Positions 1 to 15,148 are shown, counted from the first letter of the stretch. The stretch: DNA of 64,000 nucleotides from Octopus vulgaris (GCA_951406725.2 OX597828.1:6262001-6326000), one strand, 5' to 3'. Notes: generated by a model not told the origin, from the letters alone. Made by a program: numbers and translations.

Positions 1-928
1 GGCATAAGTACAGATGACTTAATGGATAAACACAATTGGGGAGTGTTATGAATATTTCCATCTGCTTAAATATGAGGGTGTGCGTATGCATTTATGTATG
101 TATGTATGTACATGTGTTGGCGTTTGCAATTATGAAGCTTGCGTGCGTAGGCGAATATTACCTCTTTATATTCCACGTTTGAAGTATATAGTGTGAGACA
201 CTTAGGCAACTGTATATCAATATGCATGTATAAATGTATGTATGAATGTATGTATGTATCTATCTCAATATGTGCGTATGTATGTACATATGTGTGTATA
301 TACATGCATTCATATGTATATATCCATATGTGTGTGTTTACATAAATAGGGAGGGAGTGAGAGAGAGAGGGGGAGGTAGTGTGTATTTTTATATTATACA
401 ATTATGAATTTTCGCATGGCAATGCAAATAAGTGCTAATTATACGGAAGAACATGTGCGCTTACGCATGTAAACGACTGCAAGTAAGCTATAAAGATACC
501 TTTATATATATATGTATATACACACGCATATACATATATACATGTGTGTGTGTGCGTATTTTTGTATATATGTATAAGCGCGTTGAAGAAAATGGATGCT
601 TGTGACGTTGTCGATTCTTGTATAATTAGCGGAGATATTCCTTAAACAGTATGAACAAAAGTACGACACCAGTTATGATGACGAAAACATCGTAAAAAAG
701 ACGAATGGATTACAAATATTCTAATATTTACCGCTATCAAAACACATACTCATAAGAACAATCTGTAATAAATTTATTTGTGTTTAATTAATTATTCGGC
801 CATATCCTTATTTTTCGTTAAAGGCATTCGATTCGAAACGAATTTAACCATAAAAGGTGGTCCAGGTATGTATGTGATTTATTCATTGTTTGTATAATTG
901 AACGATGAAAATAGATTTAGTGAAGTTT

Positions 929-940
929 GTGTGTGTGTGT

Positions 941-991
<51 letters not shown>

Positions 992-1004
992 TGTGTGTGT
1001 GTGT
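929..1004. repeat. (GT)n microsatellite
   Basis: Direct dinucleotide run; explains the VCVC ORF at 905-1135. Confidence 0.95.
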
Positions 1005-1643
1005 TTACTCACACGCACATATACACATATACATACGGATATAAGTATTTTCCCCATCGCCCCATTTTTATGAACGCCCCTTTGGATGTTAATACAGCCC
1101 CCTTTTGGAACTACGGTTGTAGAATGATATTATAAATGGTTCTTGTCCTCGTCTGACTAAGCTATAACATTGAATAATGAGTCGTTAAGTATTCACGATA
1201 AATTTGGATCTGTTATATGTGACTGAAAGTTCATCATGAAAATATAACGCTATTGTTCGTGGTGTTCTTTAGTAAAAGCTCTACTACGATCAGACTCCAT
1301 GGTGAATTAGTTTACACGAGTAAATATACTAAAACATACATTTAGCCGGGTTTTTTTTATAAAAGCACATTCTGTAAAACGAAGAGTAAAACTGCTTCAT
1401 TAGCTATATTTTTCAATTCCTATACATTTAGTGAGAAAGAGCAATTGACAAATACATATAAACATTTTTCTGAATAGCATGCAACAAATCATATATATAT
1501 ATATATATATATGCATATGTATTTGTAAGTGCGTGTGTGTGTGTGTGTTTGTATGTGTAAATTTGTGTGTGTGTATGTGTGTGCGTGTCTATATATTGTT
1601 ATACTTTGAGATGGTCATTTGCTTTGCCAATTAAACATACGAA

Positions 1644-1775
1644 CGTCGGTTTAAATGGTTAGCACACATGTCGCGGGAACATAGATATGTAGGTTCGAGT
1701 TTCACGCGTACAGGAAAACCTACTTTTTTCCGCTGAGGGCTTATATGCCCAACTATTAGAATATTTTCTTTAGTC
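1644..1775 (+). mobile_element. tRNA-like SINE head followed by a short hairpin
   Basis: A-box-like TAAATGGTTAGCAC and B-box-like GGTTCGAGTTTC at tRNA spacing; downstream GGGC-ttatat-GCCC stem. Confidence 0.5.
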
Positions 1776-2347
1776 ATTACGCGGTGATCGCCCACAAGCG
1801 TTACACTCATAAAATACATTTATTGTTATTTACAGAATATCAAAACCACCGCACACTCAAACGCACATACACACACACAAAAACACACACACACAAAAAC
1901 ACACACACACATATATTTACTGTATATATGAAACGAGTCGACAATGTCACACACAGGTACTCTCAGTGAAATTATTGCACCGCACTCAGTAGACTCAAGA
2001 TCCAAACGAATTGCCGGTTCCAAGTAAGATGAATAATAAAGAGAAAGGAATGTATGAAACAGCTGTAGAGAGGAATAATCCATCTGTTGTTATTTGTTTA
2101 TAATTTACTTAACTCGAAACCTCCTATTTGTTTGGATATCTGTATGTGCTAGCAGTATTCAATCACCGTACAACCAGAGAAGTAAACCCTTTCGATGAAC
2201 CGGTAATGACGAATCATATATCGTAAGTAGTATTGCTGTTAATGCTGTTCAGTCTAGTATAGCCTCGAACCAAACAAACGCTTGTCACTGTACTTGGTGG
2301 ACAAAAACTGAGAGAAGCCAGTCCTATACACACACACACACATACAT

Positions 2348-2402
<55 letters not shown>

Positions 2403-2429
2403 TACATACATATACACACATATTTATGT

Positions 2430-2632
2430 GTGTGTCTGTGTTTGTTGACTTACCATCTCTTGACAACTGGTGCTGGTGTGTCTGTGTCCCCCCTAACTTA
2501 GCGGTTCGGTAAAAAAACAAAACAAAAACAATATGATAAGTGCTAGGCTTGCAAAGATTGAGTCCTGGGGTCGATTTGTTCGACTAAAAACTTTTAAGGC
2601 GGTGCTCCAGCATGGCCACAGTAAAATGTATT
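2430..2632 (+). mobile_element. SINE family A, 3' half
   Basis: Matches 3' half of 51326-51755 (cttgacaac..tgctggtgtg..aacttagcggttcgg..ggcggtgctccagcatggccacag). Confidence 0.85.
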
Positions 2633-3193
2633 AAAACACTCATATAAGGGTCGCCTGTGATTTTCAGAGCTGGCACCTCATTTCACATCTAGTTATACCA
2701 TATAAGTTAACCAACGCATGTGAGCAATTTCAGCAACTCTTTCGCGTATATTGTTACGTCTCAAGTTGGAGCGGAATGTTCTGAATATATACAACGAAAT
2801 ATTCATTGTACTTACATGAATAACACTACCCAAATTTACCCATTTCCGCGCAAAACAAAAATGTAAGCGATATAAGCACATATTTCGCCTCACACGTGTG
2901 AACACAGGAAATGCATTCATATATTTCGACTCTTCCATTATTTCATTTTCTCTATATCGTGACTTACACACATGCATACAGGAGCATAGACAAAATCACT
3001 TGCAGATGCTCAGACGCGGTCTTGGAACGCAAAAGATGTAAAAAAAACACCTTTAATATTACGGAATTAAAATTGAAATTCCACTTTTCTTCCAATGATC
3101 ATTATCATTATTTCTCAATACTCACATCTTGTCAGTTGTATTGACTCATTGCTTATTGATTATTTAAGAGATGAATGAATATACATATATACA

Positions 3194-3255
<62 letters not shown>

Positions 3256-3386
3256 TATATACATACATACAAACATATATACATACATAATTATATTTAT
3301 AAAATTAAATACTTTGTATTCATTTTTATCGTAATGATTTTTACATGCAAGCTACTCGATAAAATCCTATATCGATTTTATCCTTC

Positions 3387-3563
<177 letters not shown>

Positions 3564-3565
3564 TA

Positions 3566-3640
<75 letters not shown>

Positions 3641-4082
3641 ATGTGTGCGCGTGTGTGTGTGTATATGTACATATACATATACACACGTGTGCCTATCTCT
3701 GTGTGTCTGTGTATAAATGTATAAATATATGCATAGATGTCTCATTCATTGCGCTTCCAAATTAATACAGGAATTGATCAATCCAAAACTATCGGAATTA
3801 TTTTATGAATTTCTGTCAGTCTACTCCCTCGCTTTCAATGTGCCTATTATAAAAGTGACGACTTAAAGTGGTTCGACGATTTAGCGTCTATTTTCAGCAT
3901 ATAGGCATGGTACTCTCTGTGCCCTTAATTATAATTGTATTTTATACTATTACAAATATCTATATATGAATGTACGTAAGTCTTTCTATTTTATATGGTG
4001 GCCACCTATAACATTTTTAATGATTTTCCCCTATTTTATATTTGTATATATATATATATATATATACATACATAAACATACA

Positions 4083-5352
4083 TTGGTTCGTCTCATGAAT
4101 AATGCGGTTCTTTCAATTGCCTGAACTAAATGTCGGAGTGGGACTGAATAAAACTACCTGCATGAATTTGCTATAAAGGCAGGTAGTAATTTTACCTCTT
4201 CCTTATTCTTAGTGCAAGTTTTGAAGAGTACGGTTCGATTTTAACAGTTATATTTTCAAAGCTCTAATGGAAGTGGCAAAAGGGCATAATTGGCTTACTT
4301 TGCTTCATAAGTTCAATCAAGGTAACAACGCAACGGAAAGGGTGAAGAATATTAATGCAGTATATGGCGATCGATCAATAAGCGTAAGCCAGTGTTAACA
4401 GGGTTTCTAGGAATTTCGAGCAGAGAACTACAGCCTAGTAAACGAGCCTCATCCCGGAGGATCTGTAGGGTTCGACGAGGACGTCCTGCAAATCCTGGTG
4501 GAAAACATCCCATCATAACTGTTGAGAAACTAGCTGAGATGCTTGGATTTAGTCATTCAACCATTCATTGAACCTACGTACCATCGGTAAAGTCAGCAAA
4601 TAGGGCCAATGGCTTCCTCACAAACTCTCTGTGTCTAACCGCGAACAGGAGTGAATGTATGCGCTTCTTTGCTGTCACGTCTCTCGAATGAACCTTTTTT
4701 GAACGGCATAATGAATGGTGACAGCAAATGGGTTCTCCATAAAAAATGTTAAGTGCCAAAGATAGCGGGTACGGAAAAGAGAAACAGGCAGCCCAGGCTA
4801 AACAGGTTTTCACCCACGTAATGTGTTACTATCTGTTTGGTGGGATATAAAATGTTTAATCCACTTTGAACTTTTAAACCCAAACCAAACGATAACAGAG
4901 GAGATCTACTGTGATCTTCTTGAGCAGCTTAAGTCAGCACTAGAAGAAAAACATCCATCTTTGGTTTTAAGATGAAAGATGTTATTGCAAAAGGATAATG
5001 CTTGGCGACTTGCCGCAAGGCTGACGCTTCAAAGTGTGAATGGGAAACGATGCGTCACCCATCATATGCACCGGACATTGCCCCATCTGATTATCATTCA
5101 TTCTGCAGTCTTCAAAATCATTTGAACGGAAAAAATATGATCTTCGAGGTCAGAAGAGTACTGGGGGAGTATTTTTCGTCATAGACAAGTGAATTTTGGA
5201 AAAGGGGCTTTGTAAGTCTACCAGATAGATGGAAGAGCATTGTATGAAATAAAGGTGAGTATATTTTAAACGAAGACAGAACTTTGTCTATCTTAATCTT
5301 GAGCAATAATGGAAAGTATGAAAGAAAACCGCATTATTTATGGGATGAATAG
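4083..5352 (+). mobile_element. Mariner DNA transposon, near full-length, transposase pseudogenised
   Basis: Imperfect TIRs (tcgtctcatgaataatgcggtt / aaccgcattatttatgggatga); ATG near 4268 with N-terminal HTH (INAVYGD); HPSYAPDIAPSDYH (YSPDLAPSDY-type motif) in ORF 5002-5184; multiple stops and frameshifts. Confidence 0.92.
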
Positions 5353-5642
5353 TAAATAGAAAAAAAAAGGAAAACGACCACACACACACAAAAAAAAAAA
5401 ACAGACGCTCAGAGAAAGAAAGAAAGTGGTTTTACGTTTCGAGCAAAGGAGACGGAGGAAAATCTAATAGAAAAGGAAGCCGGAGAAAAAAATCGACAAC
5501 GATTCATATGTTGTTATGTATACATATATAAATATAAATATATATAGATATAGATATGTATGTATGTATATATGTGTGTGTGTGTGTGCATATGTATACG
5601 CATGCACATTAAATTAATATTGAAGGAATATTAATTTGATCA

Positions 5643-5701
5643 ATAAAATGCATGGATCAAATTAATATTCTTTCAATATTAATTTGATCCATGCATTTTA
5701 T
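5643..5701. repeat. Perfect 27-bp inverted repeat with 5-nt loop
   Basis: ataaaatgcatggatcaaattaatatt-ctttc-reverse complement. Confidence 0.9.
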
Positions 5702-7574
5702 AATATATAAACTATTCCTCATAGTACTGATTTATTTGTCTGTCACCAGGAAAATAAATTGTGTTGTGTTTTTATTTTATTTACCGATTTGTAAGTCGAC
5801 GAGAGTTACAAATCGGTAGTAGTAAGAGTTTTGTGGAAAGGCACTCAGCCCTATTGTCATGATGACATACATTAGGCTTTTTAAGTAAAATTAAAATATA
5901 TAAATAACTAAATTGATTTATACGCAGATAGGTAGCTAGTTCACTAGGTAGATAGCTAGATAGATATAAAGACAGACAAGAGAAATGGGTGTGAGAGAGA
6001 TAGAGAGAGAAAGAAAGAGAGAGAGAGATGTAACAGACGGATAGATGGACAGATAGTTATGTAGGTAACTTGCTAAATTGTTATATAGCATGCGATGTGA
6101 TATATATGTATGCTAGTGTGTGTGTGGAGAGAAAGAGAAAGAAGGGCAGAGAAGGAGAGCGAGAGAGAAAGATAGAGAAGAAGGATCGCCTTGGGTAGGT
6201 AAGTAAGCAGATAGATACGATAGAAGAACATAAAAATAAGCAGCCAAGCAAATATATATATAAATATATAGTTAAATATGTAGGTAAGTGGATAGATAAT
6301 ATAGAGAGATAGATATAATATAATCGATGAGCACAAATAATAAATGAAAAATGTAAAAAAAAAAACGAGAAAGAATCATTGGGAGACGGAAAGTATTTTG
6401 TTGCATCAAATGATTGCATTCAAAGCATGATAGATCGATCAACGAAATCTGTGCCAGCCACCTGCGATTGAGATCAAAGTGTTCGTTGATATATATTGCG
6501 GAGACTGATTAACCAATAGTGAAATATTTCATATAACAGATATATTGGACATCTTCCTTCAGAATTAATATATGAAAGCATCGATAAGCTTTAATATTCT
6601 CGTTTAATATAAATCATCCTTACAGAGATATAAGAAAATATTTAAATAATTCCATTGGTCCTATGATACACTTTAAGCCAATGATTATCTCTGGCTCTCT
6701 GATAACGAGATAGTAAGGCGAACAAATGTTACTGGTTAGGTCGACAGTCTAACAGAGCATTCCAAGTTGCTCACATATCCATTCTTGTGAGTTAAATAGA
6801 TCTAAAATGTTAATATTACGAGTAGTTATGTTTGTTATACCGTGTTTGATATGAAGTACTCGCAGACCGACCAGACTTGTAATCAAATATTTTTCCGTTG
6901 TGAAACTGTGTTTTTATTTATTTATTTATTTATTTTCTATAACATATTCTTGTCTCGAAACGGCTTCGACGAAATGCGTTCTACCGCGTTACCTTCAAAA
7001 TTTCTCTTCCACATAAGAAGCTTTTAGGTTCTCGACTTTTTGTTTTGTGAACCCGCCAATTACATAATATAATAGCAACTGAAAATACTTCGTCCCCTAC
7101 ATGGGTGCAAAAGTATCAAAACAAAAAAAAAACAATAAAATAAAGTCCTTTATTCTTTTCAGTACAAGAGTATTGACCAGTATTGACCATGGCCATGTGC
7201 CAATAAACATCTTTTGCCTAGTATTTACACCATGATGTGTTTTGAACCACCGTTCGAAGCCTCGTTTCCATAGTCAAGGCAAACTACATTATTCCTAGTT
7301 CATCGTCTAGAATTCACCTCCCCCCCTGAAGACTACATTCAGTAATGCATTCATTCAATTTTTCAAGATTGTAGAAAAGTGCTATGACAGTAATGTAACG
7401 GCTATGTCTATTAGATAGAAGACACGTAGCGGCTTCTTCATGAATATCTAAAGGTAATTGTTCTTTAGCCGTGTATACAGTGAAAACTCGGAGCTGGTTC
7501 TGTAACCCTATTTTGTTTGCGAATACTACTTTACAAATATAAGCATTAATACCGCCTTTGCAGCGACCATCACA

Positions 7575-7590
7575 ACAACAACTACTGCTG

Positions 7591-7624
<34 letters not shown>

Positions 7625-7796
7625 AACTATAACTACTGCTGCTGCTACTGCTGCGGCTGTTGCTGCTACCACTACTACTACTACTACTGCTGGTACTACT
7701 GCTGCTACTACTACTACTACTACCACCACCACCACCACTACTGCTACTACTACTACTACTACCATCACCACCACCACCACCACCACCACCACCACC

Positions 7797-7841
<45 letters not shown>

Positions 7842-7854
7842 GGTACTACTGCTG

Positions 7855-7885
<31 letters not shown>

Positions 7886-7901
7886 CACCACCAACACCAC
7901 C

Positions 7902-7958
<57 letters not shown>

Positions 7959-7965
7959 GTTGCTG
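7575..7965. repeat. Compound trinucleotide array (CTA/CTG/CCA)
   Basis: Direct; explains poly-V/poly-L/poly-P ORFs. Confidence 0.95.
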
Positions 7966-8752
7966 TTGATTCTGCCTTACGTGTTGCGAAACGATTGTAA
8001 AGGAAGAGTGATAGTTGAAATAACTACATTTCATATTCGTCTTTCGTGTACTCTACACTGCAGTGTAACTGATCTGAAAAGTAGTTATCATATTGATTTC
8101 CAGTGTGGAATGCACAAGGTCACATTCTCTCTAATGTATAGAATGGAAGAAAGGTGTGATCGATTATTGTGCAAATATGGCACTTACGCATATTAAACTT
8201 AGAGCATGGGAAAACTTCAACACAGCGTGGTTCGAACACGGAATATACCTGAATAATGCAAAAAGCAGCCTTGTACTCTTATTTCTAATTATCTACGCTA
8301 ATATTTATCGTGTCTTTTTTTCATTACGCGAAAATTCAGTATCTACAGCAACAACGATGTACTACTTCCCTCGGCGTAATACTGGTAATTGTGCCCGGTT
8401 AAACTTCATGACGATGTACATGAATATCTTTGATTGACTTCACAGGAAGGTTCTCATGAAAAAAGCACATTTCGAGAGTTTCTGAAGGTTCGGCTTGTTG
8501 CTAGAATAAACTAAGATACTTGAAATGATTTCATGAATGATATGTATTTATAGAACTTTCATGAAATATATATATTTCTGTTTATTTCATTCAAAGTAGA
8601 TATCTAAAGTTCTTTCATATTCTTTCATAAATCAAAGATATAAATTTAAAATGATTTAATCAAAAGTAATAGAAATACTATTTTAGTATTTTAGAAAATC
8701 TGGACCATATGTACTTAAACATATACAAATACATACATACACATACATACAC

Positions 8753-9022
<270 letters not shown>

Positions 9023-10034
9023 AGAGCGTCTCAAAAGCCGCTCATACAGCTAAGAGCTTTATATGTGTGAAACCAATTGTTACTCTTTGCCCGGCCATTA
9101 CAATCAAACCGGCCGTAATAATCAACCTTATCAAGAAATACAATGCATATATATATGTGTGTGTGTGTGTTTGTGTGTATGTTTGTGTGCGCGTGTGCGT
9201 GCACGCGCACGCATTATATGTCATGATAGCCTATTCGAAGCTTGTATACGCTTAGAAGAAAATAGTCTGTATTGACATTGTAATTCATAACGATTTTTTG
9301 AGGTGTTATATAAATTGCATATGATTTCCAGAATCATCTCAATGATTTACTTGATCATGAATTTAGTAAAGACAGTTATCGGAATCATACTTAACGTATA
9401 ATACAAAATCAATTTAAGACTACTTTGTTTTTTTAAACAGCTATCCTCTTCCTTTCCCTGTATATACCTTCTAAAGGATCAACTACTCAATATTTCTAGC
9501 AATAAATGTGCCATATCTTTCATTCACAAAATCCCATATTTCCGCCAAGGAGATTTTAAGGGAAATGTAACGATTCGAGGTACAAGCTGCAAAAATTTCT
9601 GGAACAAGCGTACTTTTAGCGTTGACGTGTTTTGATATTTTTTATGTTTGTTGTTGTTGCTGCCACTACAAGAATGGCTATCAGCGGAAGCACTGTAGAT
9701 ATGAATATTCTATCTTCTTTTCTGTAATAATGTTTCTAAATCAATGATATTTGCTGAGTTCTTGAACTTTGAAATGCAGCGTTTGATGTGGTGATCATTT
9801 GGAAGCTATTTTTAGCATATCCACTAATATCGGAAGGCTTGGTAGTTAGCTTCCGTTCTTGCCAAAAAGTACTATTGCATTTATATTTATATATCCATTT
9901 TTTAAAACCTAACAACCACTTTGAACCCGTAGATACGTATGTCGCTCTCTCTGTCTCTTTTTGTTCTTCTCTCTTTGTATATATATATGTATGTGTCTGC
10001 GCGTGCGTTCATGTATTTATGCGTATATAATGAA

Positions 10035-10065
<31 letters not shown>

Positions 10066-10223
10066 GCACGTATATGTGTATATGTATGTATGTGTGTGTG
10101 TATATATATATAGTTAATCCCCAAAACGAAAAGACACAACAAAAAAACAACAACGCGAGGTACATGCAACAACGTGATACATGAAAAATATTAACAGATG
10201 CTTAGGTGTGGAAAGAAAGGTAG

Positions 10224-10256
10224 TTTTACGTTTCGAGCAATGCTCTTCTTCAGAAA
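10224..10256 (-). ncRNA. Minimal type I hammerhead ribozyme motif (Penelope-type)
   Basis: Minus strand: uuu CUGAAGA a GAGC-auu-GCUC GAA ACGU A aaa; intact core, palindromic ACGU helix III, GUA cleavage triplet. Confidence 0.7.
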
Positions 10257-10320
10257 GAGGAAAGAGTGGAAAGTCCAAGAGAAAGAAAAACGAAAGACGG
10301 AAAACGAGAATTTATTATTA

Positions 10321-10426
10321 ATCACGAAAATTGTTTCGACACATCTAGCATCGATCCCTCACAGGTGGGATACTCAACAACTGGTTCAGGAGCATCCGGT
10401 GATGCAGATGTGTCTCATCGGGTGAT
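10321..10426 (-). ncRNA. Hammerhead-like motif with CCGAUGA core and long helix II
   Basis: aucac CCGAUGA gacacaucu-gcauc...gaugc-u-agauguguc GAAACAAUUUUC gugau; homologues at 38128-38225 and 38353-38465. Confidence 0.6.
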
Positions 10427-11004
10427 AAATAGACACAACCCGTTAAAATAATAGCTCCGCAATGTATCTTCTCATTGTAAACTGAAGGAAATATCTTCAT
10501 TTGCATAGAAGATCAAAAATAAAATCACAGATGCATAAAAGAAACGAACGCGCAGTACAAAGAAAAATAGTATTAAAAATAAATGTTAACAAATATGGAT
10601 GTAGAAACGCCCTCGCGCAAGCTGAATGGTGCGTGTACAAGCATCTGCGAAAATATAAACATACGAGCATGTGTGGTTTCGTGCACTCACGAACACAATG
10701 AGTGTTAATAGCTACTTGGTGTTTATAAGAATGGGGAGATTAAAACTAAACTTAATTCATCTATACATCAACATTCCCACTGCATTGTGCGAATTCATTC
10801 CCAAATTCATTCCCACTGCACTGTGCGAAAATACATTTATATGCGTGTAGATATCTGGAGAGTCTTTCAGAAATTCTATTAAATGATCTTCTCATTACTC
10901 CACAGAATAGACAGGGAATCATCTGAGCAGAGATAGCATGACCTGGAAATGATACTCTAGGGCTTATATATATATATATAAATATATATATATACATATA
11001 TATA

Positions 11005-11108
11005 TTGGAACAACGTGTAGTGAAGACTTTTGCTCAAGTCCTCTCGAACCCACAACCTTACGACCAGCATGAGTGGGACTCACCTGGCCACTAACTCATG
11101 CGCCTCCG
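11005..11108 (-). mobile_element. Degenerate SINE family C fragment
   Basis: Similar to the tRNA-head portion of 11695-11900 (cttacga..atgag..ccactaa..gcgcctcc). Confidence 0.5.
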
Positions 11109-11629
11109 CTTCCCTTACATAACCATTAATGCTTTTTGCATCATTGAATACTGTCATTTTGTTATAACGGTTGTATATAATGATGATAATACTAATAACG
11201 ATGTTGATGTTGATATCTTGTCATTTTCATCTCTAATGTGGATTTCATTCAACTTCCTTCGTCGTCTTGTTATTTTGCTCTTTCTCTCTCCTCCCGATCC
11301 TCCTGCTCCTCGGCATCATCGCCATCGTAATTGTAGTCGACGTCGTCATCATATCATCATCATCGTCGTCGCCATCATGCTTATCTGGATATAAATATAT
11401 ACCTATCTACAGACCTACCTACCTTTACATCATACATACATGCACGCCTGCATGTGTGCATACAAACAAACATACAAGCATACATACTTACGTACATACA
11501 TAGATACATAAATACATGCATACATACCTATGTACATATATTCAAAACACACATGAATCCATGTTTTATCCGCATAAATATACCGCAGTGTATATGTGTA
11601 TATGCATAATATTACATATACAAATGTAG

Positions 11630-11686
<57 letters not shown>

Positions 11687-11694
11687 ATAGGCAA

Positions 11695-11900
11695 TAATAA
11701 TCTTTCCCGAGTAATTTAGACTCATAGGGTCGGTGTCTCAGCTCCCTTAGCGCAAATATTCTTCCCTGGATGGGACTCCGGTCAGTTGCAACATTACACA
11801 ATTGTCCCAGGTGATTGTACAGGCCACAATGCGTCATCCGGTCCAGGAATGGTTTTTGCGATCTTACGATCATGAGCCCTACTAAGCCACGTGCTTCCAC
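11695..11900 (-). mobile_element. tRNA-derived SINE family C
   Basis: Minus strand starts gtggaagcacgtggcttagtaggg, then a decayed B-box-like ..ttcctggaccgg. Confidence 0.65.
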
Positions 11901-12818
11901 GTTTTACCACACACACACACACACATACAGAAAGACACATACAAAAACACACACTCACTCATATACATACACATACACACACATACACTGACGCATACAC
12001 ACACACATATACAAGTGTGTGCATGGTGTGATTTGAAATTTACATACTTGCATAATCACCCATTTTCATATGTGTGTGTATAAACTCACCACCACCATCA
12101 TCTTCATCGTCATCGTCATCATCATCATCGTCGTCGTCGTCATCATCATCATCACCAACATCATCATTATCACAGTCATCTGCATCAGCATGATAATCCT
12201 TGAGATATTTTTACTCTGTATCGTTATTATCATTTGCTTTTTGCTATACCGCCATTGAAGGATCATTCCCCTCGTAAGGATGACATGAAACATTAAAGCT
12301 GACTATTGTTAGAAAATGGCACATATAACTCAATCTCCTGCAGTTATAATTAGTGTCGGTGCAATGAATTGCAATAATAGCAGCACCAGCAGCAATTGCA
12401 GCAGCACCAGCATTGGTAGCAGAAACAATATATAACTTACCTATTTCTTGATGTACCTCACTTTAACAACTATCCCAAGCATTATTCTGTCAAATTAATA
12501 CCTCCAGGAATTGTGTCTTATGATTTTTTTTTTTGGTATTTATGGATGTACTGTACGTCAGGGGCCCATAAATAGGTGCATACATGTATCTACTTATATT
12601 CCTAACGCAGGCACACACTGAAATACACACAGACACACACACGCACGCACGCACGCACACTACTAATGCGCACGGTCACTCCCAGATAAGTATATATGGA
12701 TTTATGTATGTATATATGTAAAAAAAAAGATATATGTATACATATATACACACTCACACACGCACTTATACATATATAAATGTATATCATACATGCCGGA
12801 TATATAAATATACATATA

Positions 12819-12931
<113 letters not shown>

Positions 12932-12935
12932 TTAC

Positions 12936-12976
<41 letters not shown>

Positions 12977-13251
12977 TTTACATTGTGAATATATTTACAT
13001 AGTTATTACATACATGAAAAAAAGTGGAAGAGAATAGAAAGAGGGAGGAAGAGAAAGGGAGAGATAGCCCCAACCGTCGAAAGAAACAAGATAATGAATC
13101 TAAATAGAAAAAAATGCATTTACGCAAATGAGCACCCATCCATACACATGATTATGCAGTGCACATACACACAATGCATAATATGCGGTTCAGGAAATAG
13201 ATGTATATAGAAAACAACCGCACTATTTTCATGTAGAACTTCACACACACA

Positions 13252-13324
<73 letters not shown>

Positions 13325-13503
13325 ATATATATATGTATATTTATATATGCATATACATGTATGCAAACATATACCGTGTGATTTGATAATGCATATTTAT
13401 ATATGTATATATGTGTGTGTGTGTGTGTCTGCGTATTTGTCTGTCTGTATGTATGTATATATGTGTGTATATATATATGCATTAATACATGTATAGATAT
13501 GTG

Positions 13504-13542
<39 letters not shown>

Positions 13543-13576
13543 TTTATACATGTATAGATATGTCTATATATATATG

Positions 13577-13631
<55 letters not shown>

Positions 13632-14089
13632 TAATTTATGTGTATATGTATGTATAATACAAACACATACACTGATAAGTGGGGTAAATTCATATATATG
13701 TAATAACACACACGCGCGCGCACGCACACACACACACATATATGTGTGTTTATAGGAGTTTAGGAGTGTGTACGTATCTATATTTTTATATTCATAAATA
13801 CATACCTATATATAAATTTCCGCTCACAGACACAAGGACACGCGCACACTCATACGCACATACACTCACACACACAATACACACATATACACGCTCACAC
13901 ACACAGATATTGGAGAACATTGATAATATCTTGAATTGAGATATTCATAGAATAAATGTGACGCGATTTTCTGAAGAAAAGAGAAAGGCCCCTGCTTTAG
14001 GGATCAACTAATGACCAGTTACAAAACATTCATTTCTTCACATTATCCGCTATTTCCTTTATTTCATCTTTAAGAAGAATATCATCATT

Positions 14090-14322
14090 TGCGCCATGAT
14101 CAGAATTGTCATCGTCGTCGTCGACGTCATCATTATTATCATCAGCAGCATCAGCAGAATCGTTAAGTATCTGACATTACTGCCGTCGTCGGCATAACCA
14201 CCACGTCCACCATCAGCAAGATCATCACCGTCAGCATCACCGCCACCAACACTAACAACGCCATTTCCAATGCCACCAACATCCCCATCAACACCAGCAG
14301 GTACAGCAGCAGCAGCAGCAGG

Positions 14323-14383
<61 letters not shown>

Positions 14384-14574
14384 GTAGAAGAAGAAGAAGA
14401 AGAAGAAGAAGAAGAGGAAGAAAAAGAAGTAGAAGAAGAAGAAGAAGAAGAAGAAGAAGGAGGAGGAGGAGGAGGAGGAGGAGGAGAAAAAGAAGCAGAA
14501 GAAGAAGAAGTAGAAGGAGAAGAAGAAGAAAAGAAGAAGTGAAAGAAGAAGAAGAAGATGAAGAAGAAGAAAAG

Positions 14575-14605
<31 letters not shown>

Positions 14606-14715
14606 GAAAGAAGAAGAAGAAGAAGAGCAACAACAACAACAACAACAACAGCAGCAGCAGCAACAACAAAAACATCAACATCAACTAGTAACATCAGCAG
14701 CAGCAGCACCACCAC
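14090..14715. repeat. Compound trinucleotide array (TCA/GCA/ATA/GAA/GGA/CAA)
   Basis: Direct. Confidence 0.95.
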
Positions 14716-14879
14716 AAGTCTTGCTGCAATTGAAGTAATTATTAATATTAATGTTCCTTGGTGCCAATGTTAGAAATAAAGAATATTATCATTATCCATT
14801 GTATTTTCGTTTATATTTTTTCTCCCTTATTATTCTTCCACCAAAACATTTGTCAATATAAGAAATCCGCAAAACGGTG

Positions 14880-14903
14880 TGATTGTTGTTGTAGTTGTTG
14901 GTA

Positions 14904-14994
<91 letters not shown>

Positions 14995-15077
14995 CATCAT
15001 CATCATCTTTGTTATCATTGTTGTTGTCCTCGCCATCCTTATTATAATTACTGTTGCTGCTGCTGCTGTTGTTGTTG

Positions 15078-15147
<70 letters not shown>

Positions 15148-15148
15148 T
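14880..15148. repeat. (TTA)n-dominated compound array
   Basis: Direct. Confidence 0.95.

Noticed and set aside
1040-1125. Possible hAT-type MITE end (gcccccttttggaactacgg)
   Set aside because: No matching partner terminus or TSD found
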